Source: Patescibacteria group bacterium
Lineage (GTDB): Bacteria; Patescibacteriota; Patescibacteriia; Patescibacteriales; UBA12465
Assembly: GCA_041650715.1 (NCBI GenBank)
Contig: JBAZKQ010000001.1
Coordinates: 198,945-262,944, forward strand
Length of the DNA stretch: 64,000 bases
Direction: 5' to 3'
Within the stretch, counting starts at the first letter, position 1; the number at the start of each line of letters is the position of its first letter. The position numbers and the translations under genes are program-made. Shown here in pieces: positions 28,455 through 38,279 of this stretch. The notes under the pieces were generated by a model. The model saw nothing but the letters and a program-made list of their open reading frames with translations. It was not told the DNA's origin and did no database searches.

Positions 28455-29237
28455 TCAATACCCAAAGTTTATTGGCTCTTTGGGGAAGAGCGTTTTTGGA
28501 GACTTCTCATTAGTGCTTTGACTATCTTCTCCTAAAAAATCTAACAGAAATGCTTTTGCAACTTCCCACATAATGAATAAAATATCCGCTAGCCAAACTC
28601 CGATCCCCAGTACAATGGCATAAATGCCGCCACTGAAGTAAAAGACATCTTTAAATTCCGGTTTTAGAAATTGACCGATGGCAAGAAAGCTTAGGCCGAG
28701 CAAAATAATTATAAAACCCGTTTTGGGAAGATAATGAATAATCATCCTGGTCTCTATGGTTTCGTCTTCTCCTTTAGCTCTGTACTTAAGTTGAGCATTG
28801 ATGTCGACAACTTGTAAGCGATTTCCCAGGGCGGAAAGCAACAGGGTGAAGGCAACGATCATAGCTGTCCAGCTAAATATAATGCTGAAATTTTTGTCTA
28901 TCAGGTCTAAACGATTTAGGATAAACAAAACTATTAGCGTTAAGCTGCCGGAAAAGTTTATCAGGCTCAAATTACTTATAATTAAAAGTAACTTACTTTT
29001 TCCCAGTTGATTACTAATAAATAAGTAAATCGTAAACAAAGCCAAAAGCCAGATATAATTAATCGAGGCCGCTTCCTCGATGGGCCAATACCAAATTGTT
29101 AGTTTGGCGGCCAACCCGGTGCCCCCGATTACTAAGGCATTCAAAGCGATTATTTTTAACACCGGCAAGCTTTCGTTAAAAATCTTACTGACGCTGATCA
29201 TTAATCCGATCCAAGCCCAACTCATTTTTTTTTGCAT
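28455..29237 (-). CDS. polytopic membrane protein (hypothetical, 260 aa)
   Basis: About 8 predicted TM helices. AAAGGAG Shine-Dalgarno upstream. No family recognised. Confidence 0.55.
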   Translation of the reverse strand: MQKKMSWAWIGLMISVSKIFNESLPVLKIIALNALVIGGTGLAAKLTIWYWPIEEAASINYIWLLALFTIYLFISNQLGKSKLLLIISNLSLINFSGSLTLIVLFILNRLDLIDKNFSIIFSWTAMIVAFTLLLSALGNRLQVVDINAQLKYRAKGEDETIETRMIIHYLPKTGFIIILLGLSFLAIGQFLKPEFKDVFYFSGGIYAIVLGIGVWLADILFIMWEVAKAFLLDFLGEDSQSTNEKSPKTLFPKEPINFGY

Positions 29238-29387
29238 TTTTTGTTTCTCCTTTCTTTTTTTGGTTAATTTGTTTTGTTTTTTGTTTTTTTATTTTTGTTA
29301 AGTTGCAATTCGTTTCCATATTTAAACATTCCGAGATATTTTTGTCAAGTTTTAAAATTAATGAAAAAGGGGTAAAATTTAAGCACT

Positions 29388-30560
29388 ATGTTAAAAGATA
29401 TTCCCTTGGCCACGTATTTTCGCCCGAAAACTTTAGGTGAATTTGTGGGTCAAGAAAAAAGTATTGGGGAGAAGGGCTGGCTTTATCAGGCCATCAAAAA
29501 CGATAAAGTTCCTTCTTTGGTTTTTTGGGGTCCGCCCGGCAGCGGCAAAACGACCCTGGCTTTTATTATTGCTAAAGAAACAAAGTCCGAGTTTCACGAA
29601 CTCAGTGCTACCTCGAGCGGCATTAAGGATTTAAAATTAATTGTCGACCGGGCGAAGGAAAGCAAACGCTTGGGTACTAAGACGATTTTATTTATAGATG
29701 AAATTCACCGTTGGAATAAAGCCCAGCAAGACGCGCTCTTACCTCAGGTGGAAAACGGGACCATAACTTTAATTGGGGCGACGACCGAAAACCCGAGCTT
29801 TGCCGTTAATGGCGCTTTGCTCTCGCGAGTGAAAGTAATAATTTTGGAAGCTTTGAGCACCGATGATCTGGCGGAAATTATCAAGCGGGCCGCCAAAGAA
29901 TTGAAAGCAAAAATATCTGCCGACGTGAGCGGGCTAATTGCGACGATTGCCAACGGCGACGCGCGCAAGGCTCTGAATATTTTGGAGAGTGCGATTGAAA
30001 GCGGCGGAAAAATTTCGACGCAATTGATTAAGGAGATAATTAGTAAGCCGAATTTACTGTATGATAAGAAAGGCGAAGAGCATTATAATATAATTTCCGC
30101 TCTTCATAAATCAATGCGTGGGGGCGATGCGGACGCGACGGTTTATTATCTGGTGCGCATGCTTGAAGCCGGGGAAGATCCGCTTTATATTGCCCGGCGG
30201 ATGATTCGTTTCGCGAGTGAAGATATCGGCCTGGCGAATAATAGCGCCTTAATGCTCGCAACGGCGGCTTACGACGCGTGTCGCAAGATTGGTATGCCGG
30301 AGTGCGGCGTGAACTTAGCACATTGCGCGATTTATTTAGCCAAGTCGCCGAAAAGTATAGTCGCTTATCAGGCCTACGAAAAAGCCAAGGCCGAAGTCGA
30401 GACTTCAGGCAATCTGCCGGTTCCTCTCCATTTACGCAACGCACCAACTAAATTTATGAAAGAAATCGGTTACGGGAAAGATTATAAATACAATCCGATG
30501 CAAGATGCGAGCGGTCAGGAATATCTGCCGGACAAATTAAAAGGGCGGAAGTTTTTGTAA
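29388..30560 (+). CDS. rarA: replication-associated recombination protein A (AAA+ ATPase)
   Basis: Walker A GPPGSGKTT, Walker B LFIDEIHRWNK, MgsA C-terminal motifs (ISALHKSMRGGDADATVYY). Confidence 0.9.
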   Translation: MLKDIPLATYFRPKTLGEFVGQEKSIGEKGWLYQAIKNDKVPSLVFWGPPGSGKTTLAFIIAKETKSEFHELSATSSGIKDLKLIVDRAKESKRLGTKTILFIDEIHRWNKAQQDALLPQVENGTITLIGATTENPSFAVNGALLSRVKVIILEALSTDDLAEIIKRAAKELKAKISADVSGLIATIANGDARKALNILESAIESGGKISTQLIKEIISKPNLLYDKKGEEHYNIISALHKSMRGGDADATVYYLVRMLEAGEDPLYIARRMIRFASEDIGLANNSALMLATAAYDACRKIGMPECGVNLAHCAIYLAKSPKSIVAYQAYEKAKAEVETSGNLPVPLHLRNAPTKFMKEIGYGKDYKYNPMQDASGQEYLPDKLKGRKFL

Positions 30561-30565
30561 TTTAT

Positions 30566-31249
30566 TTATTGCCCTAATTTATTTAGCGCCAACTTATAGC
30601 CGCGACCGTTAAAAGTATGAATCAGGTTGCGGTTTTTGTTTTGATTAAGCTTGCGGCGTAAACTCGCAATATGCGATTCAATCGAATTAGAAAAAGGATC
30701 GGCATTATAATCCCAGACATGCTCCAGTAATTGCTGGCGGGAAACTATCTGACTACGATTACGCAAGAGATATTCCAGTAGAGAAAATTCGCGGCGAGTT
30801 AGATATAGTTCCCGGCCACCGCGGCGGATTATTTTTGTGCGTGTGCTGAGCGTTAGATTGTCGATTTTATAAAGTTCGCCCTCGGTGCGCGTCGGCCTTT
30901 TTAAAATTGCGGTAATACGCATCAATAGCTCGTCAAATAAAAATGGTTTGGTTAAATAATCATCCGCCCCGAGCTTAAAAACTTCCTCCTTGGTTTGGAT
31001 TTCTGATTTAACGGTGAGCATGATTACCGGCACATGTTTCTTTTCGCTGCGAATTTCCTGTAAAACTTCCGGACCGCTGAGTTTGGGCAGAACATAATCC
31101 AGAATTATCAAATCATAATTACCGGTCCGGCCCAAGAAAGCGCCACGTTCGCCGTCCGCGGCAGTTTCGACACTAAACATTTGCGCTTCGAGTCCCTGCT
31201 TGAGAAATTCGGCGACCGCGCGTTCATCATCAATGATAAGAATTTTCAT
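30566..31249 (-). CDS. OmpR/PhoB-family response regulator
   Basis: Receiver domain (MKILIIDDE, DLIILDYVLP, KPF) plus winged-helix domain (LTRREFSLLEYL..., RGYKL). Confidence 0.9.
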   Translation of the reverse strand: MKILIIDDERAVAEFLKQGLEAQMFSVETAADGERGAFLGRTGNYDLIILDYVLPKLSGPEVLQEIRSEKKHVPVIMLTVKSEIQTKEEVFKLGADDYLTKPFLFDELLMRITAILKRPTRTEGELYKIDNLTLSTRTKIIRRGGRELYLTRREFSLLEYLLRNRSQIVSRQQLLEHVWDYNADPFSNSIESHIASLRRKLNQNKNRNLIHTFNGRGYKLALNKLGQ

Positions 31250-31414
31250 AATTTAAAGAATTAATAATTAATGCCTTAATTGTAGCGGACAGGAGTTAAA
31301 GATTGTTTAAATATTTTTTAAAGATAAAATAAAGGATGTTAATAAGTTATTTTAGAGATATTTGCCAAAAAATCGCAGAAATAGTAAGATTATTATAATA
31401 ATAAGACCAAATAT

Positions 31415-32704
31415 ATGAAAAATGCCTTATCAAATCAGGAACCTAAAGGAACTCGGGATTGGCTGCCGGAGGAGTTTTTAATTAGAAAATATATTTTTGA
31501 TACTTGGCGCCGGGTTTGCTTGCGTTATGGTTTTGAGGAATATCTAACTCCGCTTGTTGAAAGCGCGGATATTTATCGTGCTAAATCGGGTGAGGATATC
31601 GGAGGTAAAGAACTCGTTACTTTTACCGATCTCGGCGGCAGGGAATTATCGATTCGTCCGGAAATGACGCCCTCAGTCACGCGCTTGGTGACAAAAGTTT
31701 ATGCGGCGAGTCCGAAACCGCTCAAGTATTTTTCGATTGCCAATTTTATGCGCAATGAAAAACCGCAGCGCGGCCGGAATCGTGAATTTTGGCAATTGAA
31801 TTGCGATACTTTTGGGAGCGATAATGTCGCGGCCGATATTGAAATTTTGCAATTGGCGCTGGATTTGATGTTAGAGTTTAATCCGCCAAAAAAATCATTT
31901 TCCTTAGCGATAAATAATCGAAAATTAATCGATGCGGTTTTAGGATTAAGCGGCGCGGCTAAATTGGCGCCAGAAGCAAAAACCGACGTGGTGCGCACTT
32001 TAGATAAATGGGCTAAATTGAGTGCATCTGATATTAAGGAGCGCTTGACCGAAGATGGTTTGGATAAAGCAGCCATTCAGGTTTTGGAAAAGTTTATGGC
32101 GAGCACCAGTCTTGAAAAATTATTGTTAGCCTTACCGGAATTAAAAGATGAGGCGGGAATTAAAGAAAGTGAAAAGATTATGTCCGCTTTAAGCGACTTA
32201 GGCTATGGTGAATATATTGAATTTAATCCGGCTGTTATTCGCGGTTTTGATTATTATGATGGCATGGTCTTCGAAGTGTTCGATAAAAATCCGGAAAATA
32301 ATCGCGCTATGTTCGGCGGAGGCCGCTATAATGGCTTGGCGGAAATATTTGGCGAGAAGAATTTCCCAGCCGTCGGCTTTGCACCGGGCGATGAAACCAC
32401 GAGACTATTTTTAGAGAGTTGGGGTTTGGCCGCTAAAATTTCAGAGGCGGCAGCTGATAAATATTATTTGCCTTTACTGTCCGCCCCACTATCAAAAGAA
32501 ACTAACGCTCTGGCGCAGAAATTACGCTCTCAGGGTATGAATATCCTCCTGGGTCTTGAGGAACAGAAAATAGGCAAAGCTTTAGAACTCGCCAATAAAA
32601 AGAAAATTACCCAGGTTATTATTTTTGGAGAGGAAGAACGGGAAAAGGGCATATATAAGATCAAGAATATGTTGGTGGGTGAGGAAAAAGAATTTAAGAT
32701 CTAA
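31415..32704 (+). CDS. hisS: histidine--tRNA ligase
   Basis: GTRDWLPEE, class II motif 2 (FMRNEKPQRGRNREFWQ), motif 3 (GGGRYNGL), and a C-terminal anticodon-binding domain. Confidence 0.9.
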   Translation: MKNALSNQEPKGTRDWLPEEFLIRKYIFDTWRRVCLRYGFEEYLTPLVESADIYRAKSGEDIGGKELVTFTDLGGRELSIRPEMTPSVTRLVTKVYAASPKPLKYFSIANFMRNEKPQRGRNREFWQLNCDTFGSDNVAADIEILQLALDLMLEFNPPKKSFSLAINNRKLIDAVLGLSGAAKLAPEAKTDVVRTLDKWAKLSASDIKERLTEDGLDKAAIQVLEKFMASTSLEKLLLALPELKDEAGIKESEKIMSALSDLGYGEYIEFNPAVIRGFDYYDGMVFEVFDKNPENNRAMFGGGRYNGLAEIFGEKNFPAVGFAPGDETTRLFLESWGLAAKISEAAADKYYLPLLSAPLSKETNALAQKLRSQGMNILLGLEEQKIGKALELANKKKITQVIIFGEEEREKGIYKIKNMLVGEEKEFKI

Positions 32705-32743
32705 AATAGCGTAATATATAAAGGAGCAGGCAATTTCGCTGGC

Positions 32744-32772
32744 TTGACATCTTTATTATTACCTGTTAATAT
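32744..32772 (+). promoter_or_regulatory. sigma70 promoter of typA
   Basis: TTGACA, 17-nt spacer, TGtTAATAT. Confidence 0.55.
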
Positions 32773-32794
32773 AGAGACAGTTTTTGCTTCGCCT

Positions 32795-32825
32795 GCGCGA
32801 CATAATACGTCGCGTTTTATTTTGT
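32795..32825 (+). promoter_or_regulatory. terminator-like hairpin in the typA leader
   Basis: CGCGAC-N7-GTCGCG stem followed by TTTTATTTT, between the promoter and the ATG at 32843. Confidence 0.4.
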
Positions 32826-32842
32826 TTAAAATTAGAAATCAT

Positions 32843-34627
32843 ATGGAAATAAGAAACATCGCCATTATCGCTCACGTTGATCATGGTAAAACAACTTTAA
32901 CCGACGCGCTTTTACGTCAGACCGGCATGGTCGAGGCGAATATTAGCATGGACAGCAATTCGCTCGAACAGGAGCGGGGCATTACGATTTATGCAAAAAA
33001 CTGCAGTCTTTTTTATCATGATTCAAAAATAAATATCGTTGACACCCCCGGCCATGCTGATTTTAGTTCAGAGGTCGAGCGGGTTTTGCGTTCAATTGAT
33101 TCAGTGCTTTTGGTTGTCGACGCTCAAGAAGGTCCGATGCCGCAGACTAAATTTGTTTTAAAAAAATCTTTGGAATTAGGACTCAAGCCGATTGTCGTTA
33201 TTAATAAAGTTGATAAACCGGCCGCTCGTCCGGCGGAAGTTTCGGAAATGGTTTATGAATTATTTTTGGATTTAGGAGCGACCGATGAACAATTAGATTT
33301 TCCGGTTATTTATACAATCAGTAAAACCGGGCGAGCCGGTTTAGAAGCGGATAATTTAGCGGAAAATCTTGATCCTTTGCTCGATTTAATTATTGAACAC
33401 GTCTCGCCGGCCGCGACCCCGGAAATGATTAGCCTTCCTTTGGCTGCTCAACCTTTTAATTTAGCTTATGATAGCTTTTTAGGTCGTTGCGCCGTGGCTC
33501 GTATTTATAACGGGAGCGTTAAGACCGGCCAAACGGTTTATATTGAAAATTTAAATGGTGATACCCGCAGCGGAAAAATCACGAAACTATTTACCTTTCA
33601 TGGCTTAATGCGTAAAGAAATAACCGAAGCGATTGCGGGCGATATCGTTTTAATCGCCGGTTTAACCGATATTTATATCGGGGAAACAATTTCAGAAAAT
33701 GCTAATCAAGAAGCTTTGCCGGCTATTTCAATCGATGAACCCACTATTTGTTTAAATTTTTTAATCAACAATTCTCCTTTCGCCGGACGGGAAGGTAAGT
33801 TTGTCACCAATCGTCAGCTCCGAGAACGTTTAGAAAAAGAATTGGAAGTTAATGTCGGTTTAAAAATTGATTTTTCGGACACGAATTTTTATAAAGTATT
33901 CGGACGTGGTGAACTCCACATTGCCGTGCTCCTCGAAAATATGCGCCGGGAAGGTTATGAGGTTCAGGTTTCTCAACCCCAGGTTATTATTAAAGAAGAG
34001 GCTGGACAAAAATTAGAACCGTTTGAAGAAATTTCGGTGGATATTCCTGAAAAAGCGTCGGGCGTGGTTATCGAAAAGATGTCTCGCCGCAAAGGACAGA
34101 TGACTGACCTCCGTAATCATAACGGTCAGACGAGAATTATTTTCTCGATTCCGACTCGCGGAATTTTAGGCTATCGTGAGGAATTTGTCGTTGATACCCG
34201 CGGCGAAGGTATTCTTTGCTCGCATTTTATCGGTTTTAAACCTTGGGTTGGCGAAGTTGAAAAGACTCAGCTCGGTTCGATGATTTCCATGGCGACCGGC
34301 AAAGTTTTAGCTTTTTCTCTTTGGAATTTGCAGGATAGAGGTGTTTTATATATTTCTCCGAACATTGAAGTTTATGAAGGCATGGTCATCGGCAATGTCG
34401 CTAAGGGTAACGATATGGCAGTGAATCCGATTAAAGGTAAGAAACTGACTAATGTGCGTGCTTCCGGAACCGATGAAGCGATTACTCTAACTCCACCTTG
34501 GGACTTAAGTTTAGAGCGCGGTTTAAGCATTGTTAATGAAGATGAATATCTGGAAGTTACTCCGAAAAATATTCGTCTCCGCAAGAAATTATTGACGGAA
34601 AATGACCGCACAAAAAGCAAACGTTAA
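32843..34627 (+). CDS. typA: translational GTPase TypA/BipA
   Basis: Start at MEIRNIAIIAHVDHGKTTL. G motifs DTPGH and NKVD. EF-G-like domains. The tracked N-terminal extension covers the promoter and leader. Confidence 0.95.
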   Translation: MEIRNIAIIAHVDHGKTTLTDALLRQTGMVEANISMDSNSLEQERGITIYAKNCSLFYHDSKINIVDTPGHADFSSEVERVLRSIDSVLLVVDAQEGPMPQTKFVLKKSLELGLKPIVVINKVDKPAARPAEVSEMVYELFLDLGATDEQLDFPVIYTISKTGRAGLEADNLAENLDPLLDLIIEHVSPAATPEMISLPLAAQPFNLAYDSFLGRCAVARIYNGSVKTGQTVYIENLNGDTRSGKITKLFTFHGLMRKEITEAIAGDIVLIAGLTDIYIGETISENANQEALPAISIDEPTICLNFLINNSPFAGREGKFVTNRQLRERLEKELEVNVGLKIDFSDTNFYKVFGRGELHIAVLLENMRREGYEVQVSQPQVIIKEEAGQKLEPFEEISVDIPEKASGVVIEKMSRRKGQMTDLRNHNGQTRIIFSIPTRGILGYREEFVVDTRGEGILCSHFIGFKPWVGEVEKTQLGSMISMATGKVLAFSLWNLQDRGVLYISPNIEVYEGMVIGNVAKGNDMAVNPIKGKKLTNVRASGTDEAITLTPPWDLSLERGLSIVNEDEYLEVTPKNIRLRKKLLTENDRTKSKR

Positions 34628-34651
34628 AAAATAAAATTTACCAGACAAAAT

Positions 34652-34690
34652 AAAAAACCCTTTGTGATAAGCAAAGGGTTTTGTTTTTCT
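34652..34690. terminator. bidirectional rho-independent terminator
   Basis: CCCTTTG-N7-CAAAGGG hairpin with flanking A and T runs. Confidence 0.65.
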
Positions 34691-34712
34691 GTTTTAGCAG
34701 AAAGTAATTTTT

Positions 34713-35210
34713 TTAGGTTCTGCTTGATTGACAGTCGGGTTGCGTTTCTCTAGGGATGTAGCAAGCATTATCTCTCAGAAAAAAAGAAATGCCAGTTGAA
34801 ATTAAAAGTATCAATGAACCGAAACCGGAAGGCCATCCAGAAATAATCCGTAATGGATCCCAAATTGAGCCGAGCCAGTTATCATACCCTGACATAATTG
34901 ATAGGACGGAGGTCGCTATTAATATGATAGAGCAAATAAGGCCCACCCAAAGCATAAGGCTTGAAAATAAAAAGTGTTCAGACACGGGACCGCTGAGACT
35001 CTTTTCCACACGACCACTGCTAATTTCCCAGAGAGAGACTTCTTTAAATACTACTCCAAGAATGATCATTATGGCTAAAAAATAGCCCCAGTATTGAAGC
35101 ACAATTCCATAGTCTGGCCACATTTTTTTTTCGAGCAGAGAGAAGAGCCAGATAACGGCGGTCGCGGCTATAATAGCCAGCCAATAGTTTAAAAATTTTT
35201 TCATTTTCAT
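34713..35210 (-). CDS. membrane protein (hypothetical, 165 aa)
   Basis: Four or five TM helices. No family recognised. Confidence 0.55.
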   Translation of the reverse strand: MKMKKFLNYWLAIIAATAVIWLFSLLEKKMWPDYGIVLQYWGYFLAIMIILGVVFKEVSLWEISSGRVEKSLSGPVSEHFLFSSLMLWVGLICSIILIATSVLSIMSGYDNWLGSIWDPLRIISGWPSGFGSLILLISTGISFFLRDNACYIPRETQPDCQSSRT

Positions 35211-35307
35211 TGGTTTAGTTATGGGTGAAACAAACTTTAACTGATTTTACAAAGAACTTGATTTTTTATCTTAGTATTTTTAGTGCTGGTTGTCAACAGA
35301 AGACAAT

Positions 35308-35940
35308 TTACTGGGTTTTCGAAACCATTTCTTTAATTGGGCTAAAGCTAAAGCGATGTAGGGGACAGGGGCCAAATTCAGCGATTTTAGCGAAATGTGC
35401 TTTGGTGCCATAGCCTTTATGCTTAGCAAAGTCATATTGCGGGTATTTTTTATCGATTTCGGTCATGAGCCAATCCCGGCTTACCTTGGCGATAATCGAG
35501 GCGGCCGCGATACAAAAGACTTTAGCGTCACCGCCGATAATCGCTGTTTGGGCTTTGTCTAATTTTGGGATTTTAAATTTGCCGTCAGTCAGAATATAAT
35601 CAGGTTGAATCTTTAATTTTTTAATGGCCCGGCGCATCGCCAAAAAACTGGCCTGAAGAATATTAATTTTATCAATCGCGAGATTATCAACGACGCCGAT
35701 TTCGACCGCCAGGACTTTTTCTTTTATGATGCCAAATAATTTTTCCCGTGTTTTGGCGCTTAGTTTTTTAGAGTCGGCAACCAGGGCTAATTCGTCGCTG
35801 TCGATGCGAAAATTTTTATCTATCACAACACAGGCGGCAACGACCGGACCGGCTAAAGGGCCGCGGCCAGCTTCATCCACGCCACCGATTAAGTCGTAGC
35901 CGAGATCAAAAAATTTTTGTTCTGTCTTTAGGTCTAACAT
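35308..35940 (-). CDS. rnhB: ribonuclease HII
   Basis: GVDEAGRGPLAGPVVAA active-site motif, DSKKL, and family-typical length. Confidence 0.9.
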   Translation of the reverse strand: MLDLKTEQKFFDLGYDLIGGVDEAGRGPLAGPVVAACVVIDKNFRIDSDELALVADSKKLSAKTREKLFGIIKEKVLAVEIGVVDNLAIDKINILQASFLAMRRAIKKLKIQPDYILTDGKFKIPKLDKAQTAIIGGDAKVFCIAAASIIAKVSRDWLMTEIDKKYPQYDFAKHKGYGTKAHFAKIAEFGPCPLHRFSFSPIKEMVSKTQ

Positions 35941-36063
35941 ATTTGTATTATATCATAGTTATGAAAAATCTATTCAAAACATTTAAGTTTTTTCAATCTT
36001 TTCATTTTTAACTCCATTCTTGTCAAGCCTCTGATTTTGTGGCAAGCTATAGGTAAATAATAG

Positions 36064-36147
36064 GCCCGGGTGGTGAAATTGGTAGACACACAGTGTTCAG
36101 AACGCTGCGGGAGAAATCCCATGGGGGTTCAAATCCCCCCTCGGGCA
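36064..36147 (+). tRNA. tRNA-Leu (anticodon CAG), long variable arm
   Basis: Acceptor GCCCGGG/CTCGGGC, D arm GGTGAAATTGGTAGACAC, anticodon loop TTCAGAA, T arm GGGGG-TTCAAAT-CCCCC. Confidence 0.9.
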
Positions 36148-36152
36148 CAGAG

Positions 36153-36226
36153 GGTCGTTTGGCTCAGCTGGTTAGAGCGCCGCGTTCACATCGCGGAGGT
36201 CAGTGGTTCGAATCCACTAACGACCA
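36153..36226 (+). tRNA. tRNA-Val (anticodon CAC)
   Basis: Acceptor GGTCGTT/AACGACC, anticodon arm CCGCG-TTCACAT-CGCGG, T arm AGTGG-TTCGAAT-CCACT. Confidence 0.9.
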
Positions 36227-36243
36227 CAATAATTAATAATTAT

Positions 36244-36804
36244 ATGAAGAAAGTTTATTTCTTGTTAGGTTTTGTCGGCCTCGTAGTTATTATTCTTTTT
36301 GCAATTCGTTTATCCAGCCCCGAAGATGACTGGATCTGTAGTAATGGCGAGTGGCAAAAACACGGTCATCCGAGTGCGGCCATGCCGACAACACTTTGTC
36401 CCGGTTCTATTAGCAGCTCTACTGCGCAGACAGTCGCCACCTCAAGTCCAATCATTCCAAGCGCTACCGAGCCGCAAGCCACTTTTAGTTCCGAAGCGAT
36501 GGTTCTGAGTCCGAAACAAAATGAAGTTGTCAGCTCGCCACTTAAAATTGAGGGGCAGGCTTTAGGCTCTTGGTTTTTCGAAGCATCATTACCGGTAAAG
36601 CTGGTGGCTGAGAACGGAAATCTAATCGCTGCCCACTTTGCGACTGCCGAGAGCGATTGGATGACCGAAAAGCCGGTTAAATTTAATTCGGAGCTTATAT
36701 TTTCAACGACGGCGACGAGCGGCTATTTAATTATATCGAAAGACAATCCTTCCGGTCTGCCGGAGCATGACGGCTCGATTAAGGTACCGGTGCGCTTTAA
36801 ATAA
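36244..36804 (+). CDS. membrane-anchored Gmad2 immunoglobulin-like domain protein
   Basis: True start MKKVYFLLGF (the tracked extension is the two tRNA genes). C-terminal SPLKIEGQALGSWFFEASLPVKL...DNPSGLPEHDGSIKVPVRF fits the Gmad2 Ig-like pattern. Confidence 0.65.
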   Translation: MKKVYFLLGFVGLVVIILFAIRLSSPEDDWICSNGEWQKHGHPSAAMPTTLCPGSISSSTAQTVATSSPIIPSATEPQATFSSEAMVLSPKQNEVVSSPLKIEGQALGSWFFEASLPVKLVAENGNLIAAHFATAESDWMTEKPVKFNSELIFSTTATSGYLIISKDNPSGLPEHDGSIKVPVRFK

Positions 36805-36820
36805 ATTTATCTAAAAATAT

Positions 36821-37687
36821 ATGGGGATTGATCAACCGCTAAATTATCTTAATATCAAGCCGGGAGATAAAATTGACGTCAGCGCTTGGAGTAAATTTGA
36901 TAAGAATAAAAAAGCGGAGACTGAATTGCGGCCGGAAAATTATTTGCCGAGTTTAAAAGACGCCTTGGCGCACCAAGCCGCTGAAGCGAATTTGAGTCTA
37001 CCGGATTTTTTGGATGAAGGCGGTAAAATAAAAATGGCTGGTGTGAGTGATTTAAAAAGTCACGAGTATTTAGTTAATGTCCAAGAGGAAACCTTTAGCC
37101 GTGAGGCGGGAAAGAGTTTAGAAGTTTGGCGGCGCGATAAAGAGCGGAGTTCGGCTAACCTAACAGAGATGGCACTCACGGTTATGCTTCATAAATTTCT
37201 TAAAGAAAACTTCATTGTTGCCCGTTCTTCTGATTTCGATGATTATAATAATGGTGTTGATCAAGTTCTGGTTTATAAAGCGACTGGGGAAGTGGTCTGC
37301 GGTTTCGATGAGGTTATTGTTAATCCGAGCGACAAGGCGGAAACTTTCAAAAAGACGAGTAAACTTGAAAAGATAATGGCCAAGGGTGGCGCCAATATTC
37401 AATATGGCGCAAAAATGCAGGACGGGAATTTAGTGAGAGCGGAAGTAAGGAAGGTGCCCGCATTTTATATGTCACTAAGCAAAGCGGAACTGGTAGAACT
37501 TTTGGAGAGCTTAAAGAATAATCCGGAGAAGATTACACCGATCGAGGAGAAAATTTTTGGTCAACTATTAGATTCATTGCGCGAGCAGGTGGCAGGAAAA
37601 AATTTAAATCCGGACTTGCGGGCTAAAACGCAATCTGCCTTAGAAAAACTGCACACGGGATTTAATCAGGATAAATTAGTCGCTTAA
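36821..37687 (+). CDS. hypothetical protein (288 aa)
   Basis: Clean ORF. No family recognised. Confidence 0.6.
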   Translation: MGIDQPLNYLNIKPGDKIDVSAWSKFDKNKKAETELRPENYLPSLKDALAHQAAEANLSLPDFLDEGGKIKMAGVSDLKSHEYLVNVQEETFSREAGKSLEVWRRDKERSSANLTEMALTVMLHKFLKENFIVARSSDFDDYNNGVDQVLVYKATGEVVCGFDEVIVNPSDKAETFKKTSKLEKIMAKGGANIQYGAKMQDGNLVRAEVRKVPAFYMSLSKAELVELLESLKNNPEKITPIEEKIFGQLLDSLREQVAGKNLNPDLRAKTQSALEKLHTGFNQDKLVA

Positions 37688-37709
37688 TATTTTTGTAACA
37701 TATAATTTT

Positions 37710-38177
37710 ATGAAAACATTAATCGTTTTTTATTCGCGAACCGGGATAACGAGAAAAGTGGGGCAGAAAATTGCGGCTGAACTCGGCGCTGATAGCGAAG
37801 AGATTATCGATACGGAAAATCGGGCCGGCGCTTGGGGCTATTTAAAGAGCGGGAAAGAAGCCATGCAGAAAAAACTGGGAGTAATCGCGCCAGTCAAGTA
37901 TAATCCGGAGAATTATGACTTAGTCGTTGTCGGCACGCCGACCTGGTCAAGCACAATGGCCTGCGCGGTGAGAACGTATTTGACTGAGCACAAGACGGCG
38001 ATTAAAGAGATCGCTGTGTGGGCAACCCATATCAGCGGGGGCGGCGAAAAAGCTAATCGTTTTATGGCCGAGCTGGTTGGAAAGACGGCGCGCGCGGAAA
38101 TCGTTTTAAAAAGTAAAGACGTGGCTACGGATAATTATGATGAAAAATTTACCGCCTTTATCGAAAAGCTGAAATAG
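37710..38177 (+). CDS. flavodoxin-family protein
   Basis: MKTLIVFYSRTGITRKV FMN-binding N-terminus, and VVVGTPTW typical of short flavodoxin-like proteins. Confidence 0.75.
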   Translation: MKTLIVFYSRTGITRKVGQKIAAELGADSEEIIDTENRAGAWGYLKSGKEAMQKKLGVIAPVKYNPENYDLVVVGTPTWSSTMACAVRTYLTEHKTAIKEIAVWATHISGGGEKANRFMAELVGKTARAEIVLKSKDVATDNYDEKFTAFIEKLK

Positions 38178-38200
38178 AAAATTGATTATGAGACACAAAT

Positions 38201-38237
38201 AAAAAAACCTGGAGCTTATGGGCTGACCAGGTTTTTA
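38201..38237. terminator. bidirectional terminator
   Basis: AACCTGG...CCAGGTT stem with A7 before and T5 after. Confidence 0.5.
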
Positions 38238-38279
38238 GTATGGCATTACTGTCCATACTGATAGTATTAATCGAATAGT

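Noticed and set aside
29222-29237. A T9/A9 homopolymer at codons 2-4 of the 260-aa membrane protein, considered as a phase-variation switch.
   Set aside because: Similar A/T runs occur at many gene starts in this AT-rich genome (for example 191-199). A second in-frame ATG follows, so there is no specific support.
31250-31414. A T-box riboswitch leader upstream of hisS, and likewise upstream of cysS at 39015-39203.
   Set aside because: No T-box consensus (AATTAGGGTGGTACCGCG-like) or specifier-loop architecture is present. The leaders are too short and too AT-rich.
36070-36243. An N-terminal extension of the tracked ORF 36070-36804.
   Set aside because: The extension is the translation of the tRNA-Leu and tRNA-Val genes. 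The real start is the ATG at 36244, followed by a TM helix.
36821-37687. A PD-(D/E)xK or Mrr-like nuclease reading of the 288-aa protein, based on the segment FDDYNNGVDQVLVYK.
   Set aside because: The spacing between the putative Asp and the xK is far too short, and no (D/E)xK triad can be placed. The assignment is unsupported without profile searches.
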